A stretch of 63,349 nt of DNA, counting the filler, from Squatina squatina (taxonomy: Eukaryota): the NCBI GenBank assembly GCA_031763465.1. It is 3 parts of 2 records of this genome, joined end to end, with 100 filler letters (N's around TTAATTAATTAA, not from the genome) between each part and the next. Parts side by side here need not be neighbours in the genome. Positions count along the whole stretch, not along the records: positions 14,616 to 39,748 come from JARFOE010000168.1; 2 more parts are not named here. The stretch is one strand, 5' to 3'. Shown one piece after another: positions 24,042-38,029 of this stretch (its first letter is position 1; every line of letters starts with the position of its first letter). Below the pieces are notes generated by a model that was not told the origin of the DNA, did no database searches, and saw only the letters and a list, made by a program, of their open reading frames with translations. The translations under genes were made by a program, and so were the position numbers.

Positions 24042-25199
24042 CACAGAATGGTGTGACTGAGTTTGTGCCTGTAATCACACCAACAGGCTTCCCGTCTTTA
24101 TAGAGACACACCAAGGTCAGACAACTCTCCAAAACAGGAAGGAGTTGTTGGGTGAATCAGAGCAAGAGTTATCACCATATTGTTCTCTCCAACTTCCCAG
24201 CAGGTGTTTCAGAATGGCACAGCCTGAGGCCTAAATGTAGGCCTCTGAGCTAGGATGGATGGATGTTTTGGGGAAGAAATAGAGGAAGTCTTTTTTTAAT
24301 TAAAAGCAGGAATATAATCAAATTGCGATTTATTCTCACTGCACTGCAGAAATTCTCTCTACAGATGCCAGATTTTAGCTGTTTTATGCAAGGTGCTCCT
24401 CATTAAGTTTAAAATTGATATATATTGCTTTCCCTTCCTTACACTTCTCACAGCTGGAACTTTGCATCATACAACTGTAACACGTCTTTTCTATATCACT
24501 TAGACTGCTATTCTCAACCACTTCTGCACTGATGCAAAGTGGATTCCCCTATGCAAAATTCTCAGTATAACTTAGATATCAGATCAACAGTGTTGGCCCA
24601 AGCACTGGAATCACTTCAGTAGGTGGTTTCTCACACATCTGTCTTCGCATTTGTTGTCATAACTCAATTTCAGTGCAAAGCCGCTTGTAAAAAATATTCA
24701 AGTGGTCTGTTAGACACCCTTTAATAACTTAAGTAGTGATTTAAATGTTGTGAGGTTGTAAACACTTCCGCACAACTCTTAAAACATTAAAAATTTATTG
24801 GGAAGGGAGTTGGTCCTTGCAGATATGCGCACTTTATTGCGCACACACATTCTGGAAGCACAAACCAATTCAGTGAGATGAAAAATCTGTACATTTTTAA
24901 GGCTTCACTACCAATATGAGAGCATGTCATTATAACAACTAATTTGAGTCAATCACATGCAAATTGGTCCCACACGTAAGTCAACAGTTTTTCTCAGCTG
25001 CTTTGCACCATTCGCCCTGCTGGCCCATACAAATGAGCTCCTGAGAAACTTGATGGTCTGGCCTTTGGAAATTGGCTTCCTAAAAGCACATTGAACCCTT
25101 TGGCACTCCTAGATATGGAAGAGGAAGAGGAGTTTCTGTGGAGGGCAGAAAGTGTGGTGCTATTACATCTGAGGCATTTGGCATCAATTTACTCTCACC

Positions 25200-25670
25200 C
25201 CAGAAGCTGTTTGTTAAGGCCAAGACACCATTACCCAGGTATGTCTAAAGAGTATGCCTTTGGTGCCTGTGCTTCACTAGGGAGACATTTGCTGAATCAT
25301 GTGTCTCCTTGAGTCTGACCTCCAGACAACTTGTACCACAGTGACAGTTCTGCCCATGACTGGAAAGATGATCACAGCTTTAAATTTCTGTGTCACCGGA
25401 TCCTTCCCAGCCACTACCAGGAATGTCTGCCAAAGAAGTGTACCATCTGTACACTGATGCATCAAAGAATTGACAGAAGCCTTGATTGCTGGGGAAACAA
25501 TTTCATCANNNNNNNNNNGCACAAGATGCTACAGCACTTTTTTCCAGGTGGCAGATCTCTCAAAAGTACACAAAAGTTGTTGATGGCACACATATTCTCA
25601 ACCTGCTTGAATGAGCAACAGTTCCATTCCATTAATGTCCTGGAAGTGTCAGACCACAGAAACTGAATCA
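25200..25670 (+). mobile_element. PIF/Harbinger (HARBI1-like) transposase remnant
   Basis: Frame-shifted pieces read LCFTRETFAE, LLESDLQ...VLPMTGKMITALNFCVTGSF, SVH*CIKELTEAL, VVDGTHI (first catalytic Asp) and FHSINVLEVSDH, in canonical order. Confidence 0.8.
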
Positions 25671-26461
25671 AGCAAGTCAATGTCTGGGGCTAGAAATTCA
25701 TCTCTTGTTGCGCCCCATTGGCACTTCTGAGAGGTGCCAATGGGGCAATACAGGAAAAAATGACACTGGGAGGTGGCCATCTTGCCTCCCAGGGAATTCA
25801 GCTGGGGAGCAAAGGCCTTTGCGCCTGGCCAGCTAAATTCCGCAGCGGGTTGGCGCGTGACGTNNNNNNNNNNNNNNNNNNNNNNNNNNNNNNNNNNNNN
25901 NNNNNNNNNNNNNNNNNNNNNNNNNNNNNNNNNNNNNNNNNNNNNNNNNNNNNNNNNNNNNNNAATTACGGGGGAAAATGCAATAATTGGATAGCTGAAT
26001 GGCCTTAGAAATAGCAGCACTGGAGGAATAAGACTCCCTTATATTCAATCACAGTAAACTATTTACTCACATCTCGCATCCAAAGCAGAACCTCCTTAAT
26101 TAACACTGGGAGGGTTTAACCCTGTACAATAAAGTTCTTGTCAGGGAACTCCAAGTCTTGTGGTAACCAGCCATCAGGGCCTATGAAAAATGGCTGTCGA
26201 TCTGTTGCAGGTCTCAAAGTTTTCAGCAATGGTGTGAGAAAATGGTCTAGTGGTCTTGCCCTAAAAAAACTCAGTACTTCATGTAATCAAGCAGTTTTCT
26301 TTGTGTACCAAAAAAAATGTTCTTTTTAATCTTTAAAGGGGTCAGTATCTTCTTATAGGCTGCAGGTTTCATTTAAAAAGGATCACGAAAAAATGTAAAT
26401 CTCTCTGGGTTCCTTTCCTCACAGCTAATTGCCCTCAGCTCCTGGATTTCCTAAAAGTCTA

Positions 26462-26562
26462 GGGCAGTCAATTAGCACAAGGCAGGGGCAATCGCAGCCA
26501 ATTAGCACAAGGCAGGGGCAATCACAGCCAATTAGCACAAGGCGAGGGCAATGGCAGTCAAT
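26462..26562. repeat. 30-bp minisatellite, about 3 copies
   Basis: Unit gcagccaattagcacaaggcaggggcaatc at 30-bp spacing. Confidence 0.9.
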
Positions 26563-29500
26563 CCCGCGCCAGTAGCTGCCTGCTGAACGTCTTAGCCTGC
26601 ACAACACAATCCATGTACCATGATTCAAATAGCTGTCTACATGACAAGCATCAAAACACCAATCCCTAGCTTTTGAATGGCTGAGGTGCTTTCAGCAGTG
26701 TAGGTTCATANNNNNNNNNNNNNNNNNNNNNNNNNNNNNNNNNNNNNNNNNNNNNNNNNNNNNNNNNNNNNNNNNNNNNNNNNNNNNNNNNNNNNNNNNN
26801 NNNNNNNNNNGTCCTCTTTGGTTGGCAGGATTGGATGTTCATTAAATGATGCAGCCTTTACAGACCTCAGCATCATACAATTATTAAGACACTTGTGGGG
26901 CTGGGGGCGGGGGGGGGCTTGGAAAAGAAATTGACAGAGTGAACAGTTCACGCAGTGCAACTCCAGGCACTCAATTTACGGCGCAGCACTGGCTGCGGCC
27001 TGGAAATAGGAAGCCTGTCTCTCCTTCCAACCATGGGACATCACAGCGGGAACGTGAAATAAGATCACTAAGAATTAAATCAGCCCAACAACTCGATGTC
27101 AAAGGTGTGCCCATGCGAGAGGAGTGGAGTGGAGTGTGCTGAAAGAATAGGTGACCCTTTCACTGCCTCTTGGAAACAAAAATCAGTTGCTATGAATTAT
27201 AACTGAGTTTCATCTTTTTTTTTACCCCCATCTATTTGTTTAAACAACAGAATGAAACTGAAACAAAATGAAAATGAGACACTTTGATATGGATTATGCA
27301 AAGAAAATGGTCGGTTGCACTTGGTGATGTAATTTCGCTTAGGGGTCTCGGAGTTCCAGACAACTCAATGGTTGTTTGATGCAAAGATTTATTTAATCCG
27401 TGGGATTATTTTAACTGAAGAATGTAGTATGTTTACTGCAGTGAGAGAAAAGGTTCACCTGATCCTTCAGTTCACCAGTGAATGTTAATAGAGAATGGGG
27501 CTAGCCTTTCTAAACCATGACGCCCATCCCTGCTGCAAGCTGGGACTTGTGCCACCAAATACCCGCAAACAAACGTTCAAAGAGAACTGCATTCCACTTG
27601 GCATTTCTGCAAAGTTCTCTTATTGTTGTGTCCAGCCATTGTTCCTGCAGCTTCCANNNNNNNAGCATTCGAATTGTTCTCTTACATCTTTGTATGGGGT
27701 CTGTACTACTTTTATTTGTTCACAGGCAGAGTGGAAAGTTCACTTCTTTGCCAGAACGCTGAAGCAACTCCAACTGGGATTCAATATTAGACACGCTGAA
27801 AAATCTGATGAAGGCCCTCATTTTGTTTTGCTCCAGGGACCCCACTATATGAAAACAATAACGTGTGCGGAACAGGGCAAGTTCTTTATTTCAACAGTAA
27901 CCAAAGCATAAATGTACTGGGCCTGTTTGGACATGNNNNNNNNNNGCTCTTTGAATATCCATTGAACAAATAGAGGTTACAACTATAGACTTGGCTCACG
28001 CATATTAAATACGGTTTGCAGTAGGCTAAGTTGCCCACTAACTTATTCTTCTATTACGAATTTGCTGGCCAATTTTTTTAACCAAACACAGGAGAAGTTG
28101 TCAGGATAAAAAAAAAACACTGCAAAATTAAAATGAGAACATAAAATATTTAAAGTACACAATTATTCAGTCATCATTTGAAATGGAAAGACAGGGTATT
28201 AATATTTTGAATGAGATCCTTTATCAAACCTGATATGGTGAGGAGAGACCCTTCATATGACTCACCANNNNNNNNNNNNNNNNNNNNNNNNNNNNNNNNN
28301 NNNNNNNNNNNNNNNNNNNNNNNNNNNNNNNNNNNNNNNNNNNNNNNNNNNNNNNNNNNNNNNNNNNGAAGAGTTTCTGTCAAAGTAATGGGGAGAATTC
28401 CTGGCGTATATTTTTACCATGATGTTTAGCAATTCAAATAGGTTGTCCAGACGCTGCATAAACCCAAACAATAATTCTGTATTCATCAACGGTATAGAGA
28501 AAAATCACTGCTTGCGATTGTATTGTCTGAAGCTCAGTGTTGACATTAAATCTAAATGAACTGTAAATTGGGGATATTAAAGCGAAGGAAGAAACTCATT
28601 TATCAACCTGACCGATCTACATTGTAATTACCATGAAGTTGCCTTCAAATCAGAAAGGACAGCTCCCATGTCACTCACCCAGTCACACACTTGCTTCTAT
28701 TTATCTAATCATATCTTTCCTAGACCTCGTCACATGAATATTAATACATCAGCTTGTCNNNNNNNNNNTAAACTATATTTCCATTGTGGAATTGCATTTA
28801 CTGTGGGTTGGGGTGTTTTTATGCATTCTCTCAGGATTTACTATCCCTGGCCCTGGCACACTGAGCAGGTAGTATTCAATTAACAATGCAGCACGCATAC
28901 TGGAGTTTGATTTGTGGCAGAATAAAAGCAGGAGATTTGCGTTTGTGCATCCTGATGCCAATTCCGATTTAGAGTTAATTTTAAATCTAGTATTCAGAGG
29001 TTAGAATTTTTAACCCGAGCCCTGATTGGAGTCTGCAAATTTTCTTTTAGCTATCANNNNNNNNNNNNNNNNNNNNNNNNNNNNNNNNNNNNNNNNNNNN
29101 NNNNNNNNNNNNNNNNNNNNNNNNNNNNNNNNNNNNNNNNNNNNNNNNNNNNNNNNACAGGCCCATGGGAGCACAGCTGATTAGGGGCCATCATTCAAGA
29201 TGTCACTGTAGATGAGGAGTCTTCTGAGGAAAGACAGATGCCCTCCTCCATAGTTACAATTATCTGTCCCCTTTGTCAAAAGTCACTGAAAGGGCAGGAC
29301 TCAGCGCCAATAAATTGTCCTATGTAACTGAACTGTCTGAGGTGAAACATGGGATGGCACTGTGTGCTTTTCCCCTATTATAAAGGAAAGCAATTCACGA
29401 ATAACAGATGATTCAGGTTTTTACAGTTATCTGCTCTGGGCTGTACCTGGTCTCCATTTGACTAGAGCATAAAATATGCCATTCAAACATTTCAATTATG

Positions 29501-30150
29501 ACAGGATTTATAGTCTCTTCTCTGTGTTTTAGCTGATATGCAAATTGTTAGCATAGTAGTGTTTGGATAATTTCACAGTTCCTTTGTATTCAGTGAAAAC
29601 ACAAATATGATTATCCACTGCTTCTGTCAGTTGATTGATGGGATTTCATTTAACATTTGCATACTCTTAACATGTCCTAGTCCGATAGTGCTTCCTTCCT
29701 GATGTGATACATCACTGATCCACTTTTCTATGTGTACTCCTATTGTGTCTGAAACATGAATTGCAATGGAAAAGCTATTAGGAGAAGAATTTTTTAAATT
29801 TGTTACACCAAACAACAATTTGCAGTTTAGAGTCTTTGAATTCCCCCAACCCACTACCCGGTTATCTGGTAGAAATAATGAGTCCCTTAGTACTTTGCTT
29901 GACGTAAGATAAAGTTACAACTGAGCTACACCGGAGGGAATTTGTTCTTTCAAAAAGTGGTCGGGGAACATTTACAAGCAGAGGTCACTAATCCTGACTA
30001 TACTTGAGGGAATACTGTGTTCCCTCATTGTGATATTAATATTAGATAGAACATTACCATGGATCTCATTAACTGAAGTCATTCTGACTTAGTGGAGCCA
30101 GAGTCAAAAGGCACAAGTACTCTGATGCTGGAGAATAGCATGTTCTCCAT

Positions 30151-30555
30151 AATCATAGAATCAAAGAATAGTACAGCACAGAAGGTGGCCATTCGGCCCA
30201 TCGCCTCTGTGCCGGCTCTTTCGAAGAGCAATCCAGTTAGTCCTGCTCCTTCCCCATATCCCTGCAATTTTTTCTCCTTCAAGTCAATTCCTTTTGAAGG
30301 CTACTATTGAATCTGTATCCACAGCCCTATCAAGCAGTGCATTCCAAATCCTAACCACTCGTTGCATAAAAAAGCATTTCCTCATGTTGCCTCTGGTTCT
30401 TTCGCCAATCACCTTAAATCTGTGCCCTCTGGTTATTGATCCTTCAGCCACTGGAAATAGTTTCTCTTTATTTACTCTATCGAAAACCCTTCATGATTTT
30501 AAACCCCTCTATCAAATCTCCTCTTAGCCTTCTCTGCTCTAAGGAGAACAACCTC
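30151..30555 (-). mobile_element. CR1 LINE 3' end
   Basis: Starts with aatcatagaatc tail and ggccattcggccc motif, followed by the ORF2 C-terminal region on the - strand. Confidence 0.85.
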
Positions 30556-33500
30556 NNNNNNNNNNNNNNNNNNNNNNNNNNNNNNNNNNNNNNNNNNNNN
30601 NNNNNNNNNNNNNNNNNNNNNNNNNNNNNNNNNNNNNNNNNNNNNNNNNNNNNNNGTATCTATTATTTTTTCACTTATTCCTGTGGATCGTACTTGAGGT
30701 AAAACTTTAATATTGAATGTATGCACAAAGCTAACTTGAAGCTTGATTTCACTTTCTTGGAGGATGTCACACGTAAGGTAGCTGCTCTCTTCCAGGATAT
30801 CTGGAATTGGTCTGTTCTAGCACTCAAAGCTATGGGGACAGCTGCGTACCAACGTCACTACCAGGCAAACAAACCCATTCCGAGTGAGTACATGTGCTGA
30901 CTGCTGACTGTAATCTACAGATTCCTAATAGAACCATAAAGAGGCTGTAAAGTACGAACAGAGTACGTGACTGATTTATTGATAAACCTGGCTTTTGTTC
31001 AAAGTTCTGAGTGTAGTTAATGGCATTTAGTAATTCAGAGTAAAAGAAAGTAACAGCAAGTTGAATGCCATGCTTTCTTTTTCATCAGCGTTATAATGGA
31101 GGAATGAGGTCCTTGCACCGACTAGAATAAACAAAATCCAGAACAAATTTATGTGACAGCCTATTACTCAGCTTGGCTATAATGTGACATGTTTTTCAGG
31201 TTCNNNNNNNNNNNNNNNNNNNNNNNNNNNNNNNNNNNNNNNNNNNNNNNNNNNNNNNNNNNNNNNNNNNNNNNNNNNNNNNNNNNNNNNNNNNNNNNNN
31301 NNNNNNNNNNNNNNNNNNNNNNNNNNNNNNNNNNNNNNNNNNNNNNNNNNNNNNNNNNNNNNNNNNNNNNNNNNNNNNNNNNNNNNNNNNNNNNNNNNNN
31401 NNNNNNNNNNNNNNNNNNNNNNNNNNNNNNNNNNNNNNNNNNNNNNNNNNNNNNNNNNNNNNNNNNNNNNNNNNNNNNNNNNNNNNNNNNNNNNNNNNNN
31501 NNNNNNNNNNNNNNNNNNNNNNNNNNNNNNNNNNNNNNNNNNNNNNNNNNNNNNNNNNNNNNNNNNNNNNNNNNNNNNNNNNNNNNNNNNNNNNNNNNNN
31601 NNNNNNNNNNNNNNNNNNNNNNNNNNNNNNNNNNNNNNNNNNNNNNNNNTTGTTGAAGTTCAAACAATAGAAATGTTACCTCAGGGAGCACAGTCACTAA
31701 TTATCATACTAAATGCGTGAGAATTCAGCTTGCATGTTATATTGCCCAGTGTAGTCAAGCCTTGAGTTAATAGACTGAGAAGAGTGTTCACCTTAAATCT
31801 CGGCAGAACTGTTACTTGATGTGTGCAATTACATTCAAAAATGGGTAATTTATTTTTTTTAAACTAAAGCTTGTTACCTTGGCCTTTTCATTCACAAGCC
31901 AATAACTGACATTGACAGAATGCAACAGTGTGTTGTAGGTCACAATAATTAATCTAACTCTTTAATTCTTTCCCACAAAGTTGTGACTGGATGTCATGGT
32001 GCTGTCTGGTGGGACAATGGAATGCCATCAACCACATCCTGTCAGTAATAAGAAAACTGCCAGACTTATAGGATCAAGACTGCAGACCTGTTCCTGACAG
32101 CATCTTCATCATCATTAGCAAACCTATATTGTTATTGTTTTCCGAGGTCTTCTCTGTAATTAACCTTTATTGTAATTATGACTGATGCCGATTCTGACAG
32201 CATTCCGCATGAATTACTGTTTATATTGACATGGATGCAGAATAGCAGGGATTGGAATAGGCCAATTAAAAAGGAACTGATTACTGTGTTCCTAAATGAC
32301 CAAAAAAGCTCCAAAGAAAACTTATAGATATGCTGAAAACAGATACCGTCATATTTATGTAACGCTGAATATAATTAAAGTGTTTCATTTAGAAAGCTCA
32401 ATTTTTCATTTTATTCATCCCTTCCACTGGCCTCTTGACATCCCATGAATTCTCTTCTTACTGGGAAGGCAGGATGTTTCCATGCCTACCATCAATGCCA
32501 CTCAGTGATTGGTTGCAAGAACAGTGTGATTCATGCAAGATGAAATGAGCATCGCCAGTCGGGCAGACTTCTCTGCCATCTCCATTGCATTCTTTAAATG
32601 GAATGCCTCACTTTCCCCGTTATACCACTCGGCAACTCAGCACACGGCTGATGAAATAGATTCGAATGAGCCAGGCAAGTTCCCTGGTCAGATAACTTTG
32701 GGAATTATTGCCGTGAGCCTTAGCGAGGCAGTTAAATGTTCGCCTGCTTGAGTTATTGGGCTGCTTTACAGGCAGCATAACAAAATCACATTCGAATGGT
32801 CATTCAAGATGAAAACTAACCTAAACCTAGAATCCAAGCAATCTAAAGTCATGTGAATAGCTCCCCGAATGGCTCAGTTGGTGCTTGCAATATGTAATAT
32901 ATACAACTCAGTGGGTAGCAGTCTCACNNNNNNNNNNNNNNNNNNNNNNNNNNNNNNNNNNNNNNNNNNNNNNNNNNNNNNNNNNNNNNNNNNNNNNNNN
33001 NNNNNNNNNNNNNNNNNNNNNNNNNNNCCCCCCCACCGATGACGCCCACCTCGGACCAGCCGTGTCAGGGGAAATCGCGGCCTAAGTATATGGGACTTGA
33101 GATGATAAATTATACATCATAAGTGTAAGAGCAGGCTTGATGGTCCAAAAGACCTTTATGAATTTCGTGCTTTCTTCTGTCCTTTTTAAAAAATGTTCAT
33201 ATAGTGACACTCAATACCGCATTGTACTAACATATGGAAATAAACACTTGCACCGTGGCAATTTGTCNNNNNNNNNNTAAGATAAGTCAGATGCCTCACC
33301 CCAGTAAAAAAGCCTATTGAATGACATTTTGTAAGCTTTTAGGAAAATTGACTAAGTCTGCAAGCAGGTGAAAGTACAGCATCTGCCAGCTAAATTATGA
33401 CAACAGAGTGGAATTAAGCAACAAAGCAAGGGCCAAACAAAAAACCATTAAAGGAAATCCTCTTGCTTTTAATAAATCATGCTCGGGCAGGTGTGATGTT

Positions 33501-34777
33501 GTATCGGGGTTGAAGAGGCAGATGCAGGCTTAAATGTAGGATTCATGAGACCAACTCGGGATCCAGGAAAGAAGTAGAAAAGCACAATCAATTATAACTA
33601 CACAAACCTAATTAAGGCTCACGGCAATAAATATTTCCACGACGGTTCTGCGACTGTTCCTCTCAGGTTTCAGGGTCTGTCCACTACTAAACCTTTACTT
33701 TTATTTCAGCTCAAATCGTTTTGGTTTAAAATTTTCTAATCTGAAGTAACAAATTTATAGGGATGTGCACTGGCTATGCAATTGATAAATTTGAACANNN
33801 NNNNNNNNNNNNNNNNNNNNNNNNNNNNNNNNNNNNNNNNNNNNNNNNNNNNNNNNNNNNNNNNNNNNNNNNNNNNNNNNNNNNNNNNNNNNNNNNNTCG
33901 AGATTTAGCCTGTCGTATGAAGAGTCTACAGTTTCAAAAGCAATAGATTAGTTTCTTGTCTGCTTCAACAACTTGCATTTCAGTGGATTTTTGTCCCTTT
34001 TTTATATATAGATAGTTGTCTCAAAGCATTTTAAGTGCAAGAGTAAAGACATCTCCGTGGGAAACGCTGGGTGGGGCTTGGGTGAGCGGTAGAGAATTTA
34101 AAGGAGAGGCGAGAGGGGTGGAAGAAGGCTAGGTGCTCAAAGGAGGAGAATGTGCCAAAAGAGATGGGAGAGATACCAAGATGAGATTGTCACCACAGTG
34201 GTTTGGGCAGGTCAGGTGGTGGAAGGTATAGCCAGATAGGGAGCTAAGTTTCACACGAGGCCATGACGTCAATGCAATCATCCACGATATGATGGATGGC
34301 AAGGGACTTGTTTGCAAGTGAATGGACATTCTGCAAGGAGATGTGGAGAGAATCGGTGATGGCTGATCCACTGACAGCATCCACAGGGTCAGCGCTTGGT
34401 GGGGTGAGTTAGACGGGGAGGAGATTGGCAAGATTAGCCCCCCACGGGCACACTGGGCAGTAAGAGAGTAGGATGGGACAGTTGGGGTTACTACTTGTGA
34501 GGAGTCAGTGAAGAGTGTCACAGTGGGCCCTTAGCAGGATGCCAAGAGAGGGACAGAGGGAAGTTGTAGTCTTATCCAGGAGGGAGTCAAGCCTGAGACG
34601 GCAGCAGAAGATTAGGAAGGTTGAAGCTTAATGAAGGGTTCGGGTAGGGACCAGCGAGCAACCAGAAAAGTTCTGCGCCACTGCTGATACAATATCGAAG
34701 CTTTGCCCTGGATCTGGCCCTGTGCTATAACATGGCCAGCATGTGATGCCATCACTTCAGTGCACAAAAAAAGTTTT

Positions 34778-35168
34778 GAAAGAAAGACTTGCATTTCTAT
34801 AGCACCTCTCACAACCACTGGACGTCCCAAAGCACTTTACAATCAATTAAGTACTTTTTGAAGTCTAGTCACTATTGTAATATTGTAAACCCGGCAGCCA
34901 ATTTGCGCTCAGCAAGAACCCACAAACAGAAATGTGAATGACCAGACAATCTGTTTTAGTGGTGTTGATTGAGGGATAAATATTGGCCAGGACACCGGGG
35001 AGAAGTCCCCTGCTCTACAGGATCCACCCGAGAGGGCAGACAGAGCCTCGGTTTAACGTCTCATCCTAAAAGGCAGCACCTCCGACAGTACAGCACTCGA
35101 GTGTCAGCCTCGATTTATGTGCTCAAGTCTCTGGAGCGGGACTTGAACCCACAACCTTCTGACTCAGA
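34778..35168 (-). mobile_element. Deu-domain SINE (SacSINE1-like), near full length
   Basis: L2-like tail, Deu core and tRNA-like head with B box (reverse complement of ggacttgaaccc) all present. Confidence 0.88.
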
Positions 35169-37459
35169 GGGAGTGGGAAATGCAGAACCTTGCTCCTGAT
35201 CGCTAACCTTTGACCGAACTGGATGTTGAGCCGGGCAGATCATGCTCAGCTGTGATACCCTCCATGGTGGAATTGCTTGTCTGCACTCATTGTCTAGTAG
35301 GCTAAAAGAAGAATAGACAATTGGACAAGGTGCTAGGGTTAGGGTCTACGGATCTGTACCCGGGACAAGTTGTGGGGAAATCTGGGGAAAAGTTTGGATT
35401 TTGATATTGTACCAATAAAGTTTATATTTCTGCTTTTTCTAGCAATCTTTGTTTCTTTGGTACCAGTGAAAGTAAATTAACAATCTAGGTCTGAAGGACA
35501 AAGAAATGAATCAAAACAACTTAGCTTGTGATGAATTTGGTGTAGCAATTTATCATCATACACTCCTTTAACTATACCTAGCGTGGAGCAGCAGCACTGA
35601 TCAGTGAACCACTGTGAGCCAGTAAGTACACATCCCAAAAATCCCTTTCATGTGATTATCTTCGCTGAAAGCCAGCCCCGGCCAACAGCCAGGAATTTGT
35701 ATGTGAGCTTTAATGACTCAGATGGTGGTCTGTGGAAGGAGCAATGAAGTAAACAAAAGGCTGTAGTAAAAAGGGCAGTACAAGTCAATCCTGCTGCTTT
35801 CTTTGCCTCCACAATGTGGAGGGAAATACTGAGGAGAGGGGGAGGGGCACCTGGGAAGTTTTTGCCTCCTTTTTCACTCAGTTTCCCTCCATACAAGAAA
35901 ACAAAGCAGCTTTTGACAGACAGTTGCTGATTACTTAACTCAATAGTGGTTTTGTTTCTGTGGCTTTTCACCTCTGAGGTTACAAAGAACAGATTATGTT
36001 TAAGTAATAATTATTTTTAACCATTTACGTGCTGGAATGTCCTTGGCAACTTTCCAAAAACAAGCAGTTTGTAAAATACAATAGACCATGTATTCCATTT
36101 CNNNNNNNNNNNNNNNNNNNNNNNNNNNNNNNNNNNNNNNNNNNNNNNNNNNNNNNNNNNNNNNNNNNNNNNNNNNNNNNNNNNNNNNNNNNNNNNNNNN
36201 NGATAGTCACACTCCAAGAACTAAAAGCAGAAACATACACCTCACTCTCAAACGCTTATTTATGAAACATAAAACAATATCAGCATTATAAAGAGCAGCA
36301 ACAGGATTACGTACAGCAGAGTGATGTTAAAATGGATGGCAGTACAAAGACACTCATGTCAAATGGGCTGAAAAAGAAAGAAGAAAATGAAATAAGATTG
36401 ATACACAACACAAAACAATGAAAAGTAAGGATCATTATAAGCAGAAGACAATCAGAAAATTGAACGGTGGGATTTGGTACTGTGCACTCAGCAGCAGTGA
36501 TGGAATAGTGGGCACTGGAGTCAGACTGCAGTAGGTTTGACACTGGTTATCAGCCAGGAGACATTGTTAGAGATTTTCTCTCAAATCTGACATGGAAATT
36601 AAGGGCTATTGTGGAAATGCTGGTACATGCTGTTGCAAAATCCAATTGTTAACTGGTTTTATCGAACGTCAAGGTGTTTTAAAATTAATTCTCTCGCTTG
36701 CCAGATTACTGAGCACTCTGCTGCACCCCCTCCTCAGTAAACGGTGGCAATTCTCTACTCCCCCAATTCACGCTGGCACCCTTCCATTCCAATTTATACT
36801 GCCATTCTCCCCCTGCTCCCCCTCAGTTCATGTGACATGGTCCCCTGGTTATGTAACACCCATTCAAATGAATTCAACTTCAACCATAAAAGTGAGGCCA
36901 TTTTCTACAATTAGCCCTCTCAGTGCTGGATTTTTATGGTTGAATGTCAGACACTGTGAGTGAATATTTATTTTGACATTAAAAGATGCTGTGTAAATGT
37001 AGCAAATCTGTTTGCTCTGCTGCTGGGATTTTACACAAGCTGCAAATCCATACGGTTAGAACTAGGCCCACGTCTGCTGTCTGATTCCAAACCAACTGCT
37101 GTTTTGTCCTCTTTCACAACACAGAACATCAGGGCCAAGTTGGCATGTGAATAGCGTACTTGCTTGACCAATCAGATTCATTTCAGATCAGACCAGAACA
37201 TTCTTTTACTTTTACTAGCTGAGAAAGTGGACCGTACAATTTCGGTTGTCTGAAGTTTGCTTTGTTGTGGTTAAGATGTTTTGTAGGTGCCATCATGCGG
37301 AGCTCAATTTATTTCACAAAGCTAAATCTAATCATCCAGATCTCTGCACACAGTACAAAACACTAACACTCATATAAAGAACTAATTTAAATCCAGCTGC
37401 ATTTTTTTTTGGAGTGTAGTAAATTCATTTCCTTCACCTTTTCCTCTCCATACTGTTCT

Positions 37460-37640
37460 TGCTGGGACTGCCTGCCTCTCTTCCGCGGCTACGTTCGCGC
37501 CCGGGGGCCCCTGGAGATGGAGCATGTCCGCCGGTACGCTCGAAGCCTCCCGCCACCGGAGGGACTGGAGTGCATCATCACCTGGGACAACAAGATTTTA
37601 ATTTGAGCATCGTTTAGTTAAATGTCTTTTAGTTAGGCCA
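37460..37640 (+). mobile_element. Tx1/L1-clade retrotransposon 3' end
   Basis: CpG-rich patch in AT-rich DNA encoding DCLPLFRGYVRAR..LEMEH...GLECIITWDNKILI*, resembling the ORF2 C-terminus of shark Tx1-like elements (recollection). Confidence 0.6.
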
Positions 37641-38029
37641 CAGTTTACTGTTTATTTNNNNNNNNNNNNNNNNNNNNNNNNNNNNNNNNNNNNNNNNNNN
37701 NNNNNNNNNNNNNNNNNNNNNNNNNNNNNNNNNNNNNNNNNNNNNNNNNNNNNNNNNGACGAGGCTGAGGAGGCCCAAGAATCCTTGCAGAGCCCAGGGA
37801 GCACCCTTGCTCCTCCTTGCTCACAAGGATTCCACTGAAAAGTAATTTCCTGAAGTAAAAATGCCATCACAGTGCCAATGATGTCATCGGCCATTTCAAT
37901 GTAAAGAAGGCCCCCACTTATCAGGGGTGGATTGCCTTCCCGTGCCTGTTCTCTGGCAAATTACAATGGCGGGCTGGGAACATGGCACGGTCCCCTGCCA
38001 CCTTAACCCCTGCCAGGTAGGGGGAGTTA

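Noticed and set aside
27803-27860. Hammerhead ribozyme core (CTGATGA...GAAA)
   Set aside because: The candidate stem II does not abut the GAAA and no flanking stems are evident.
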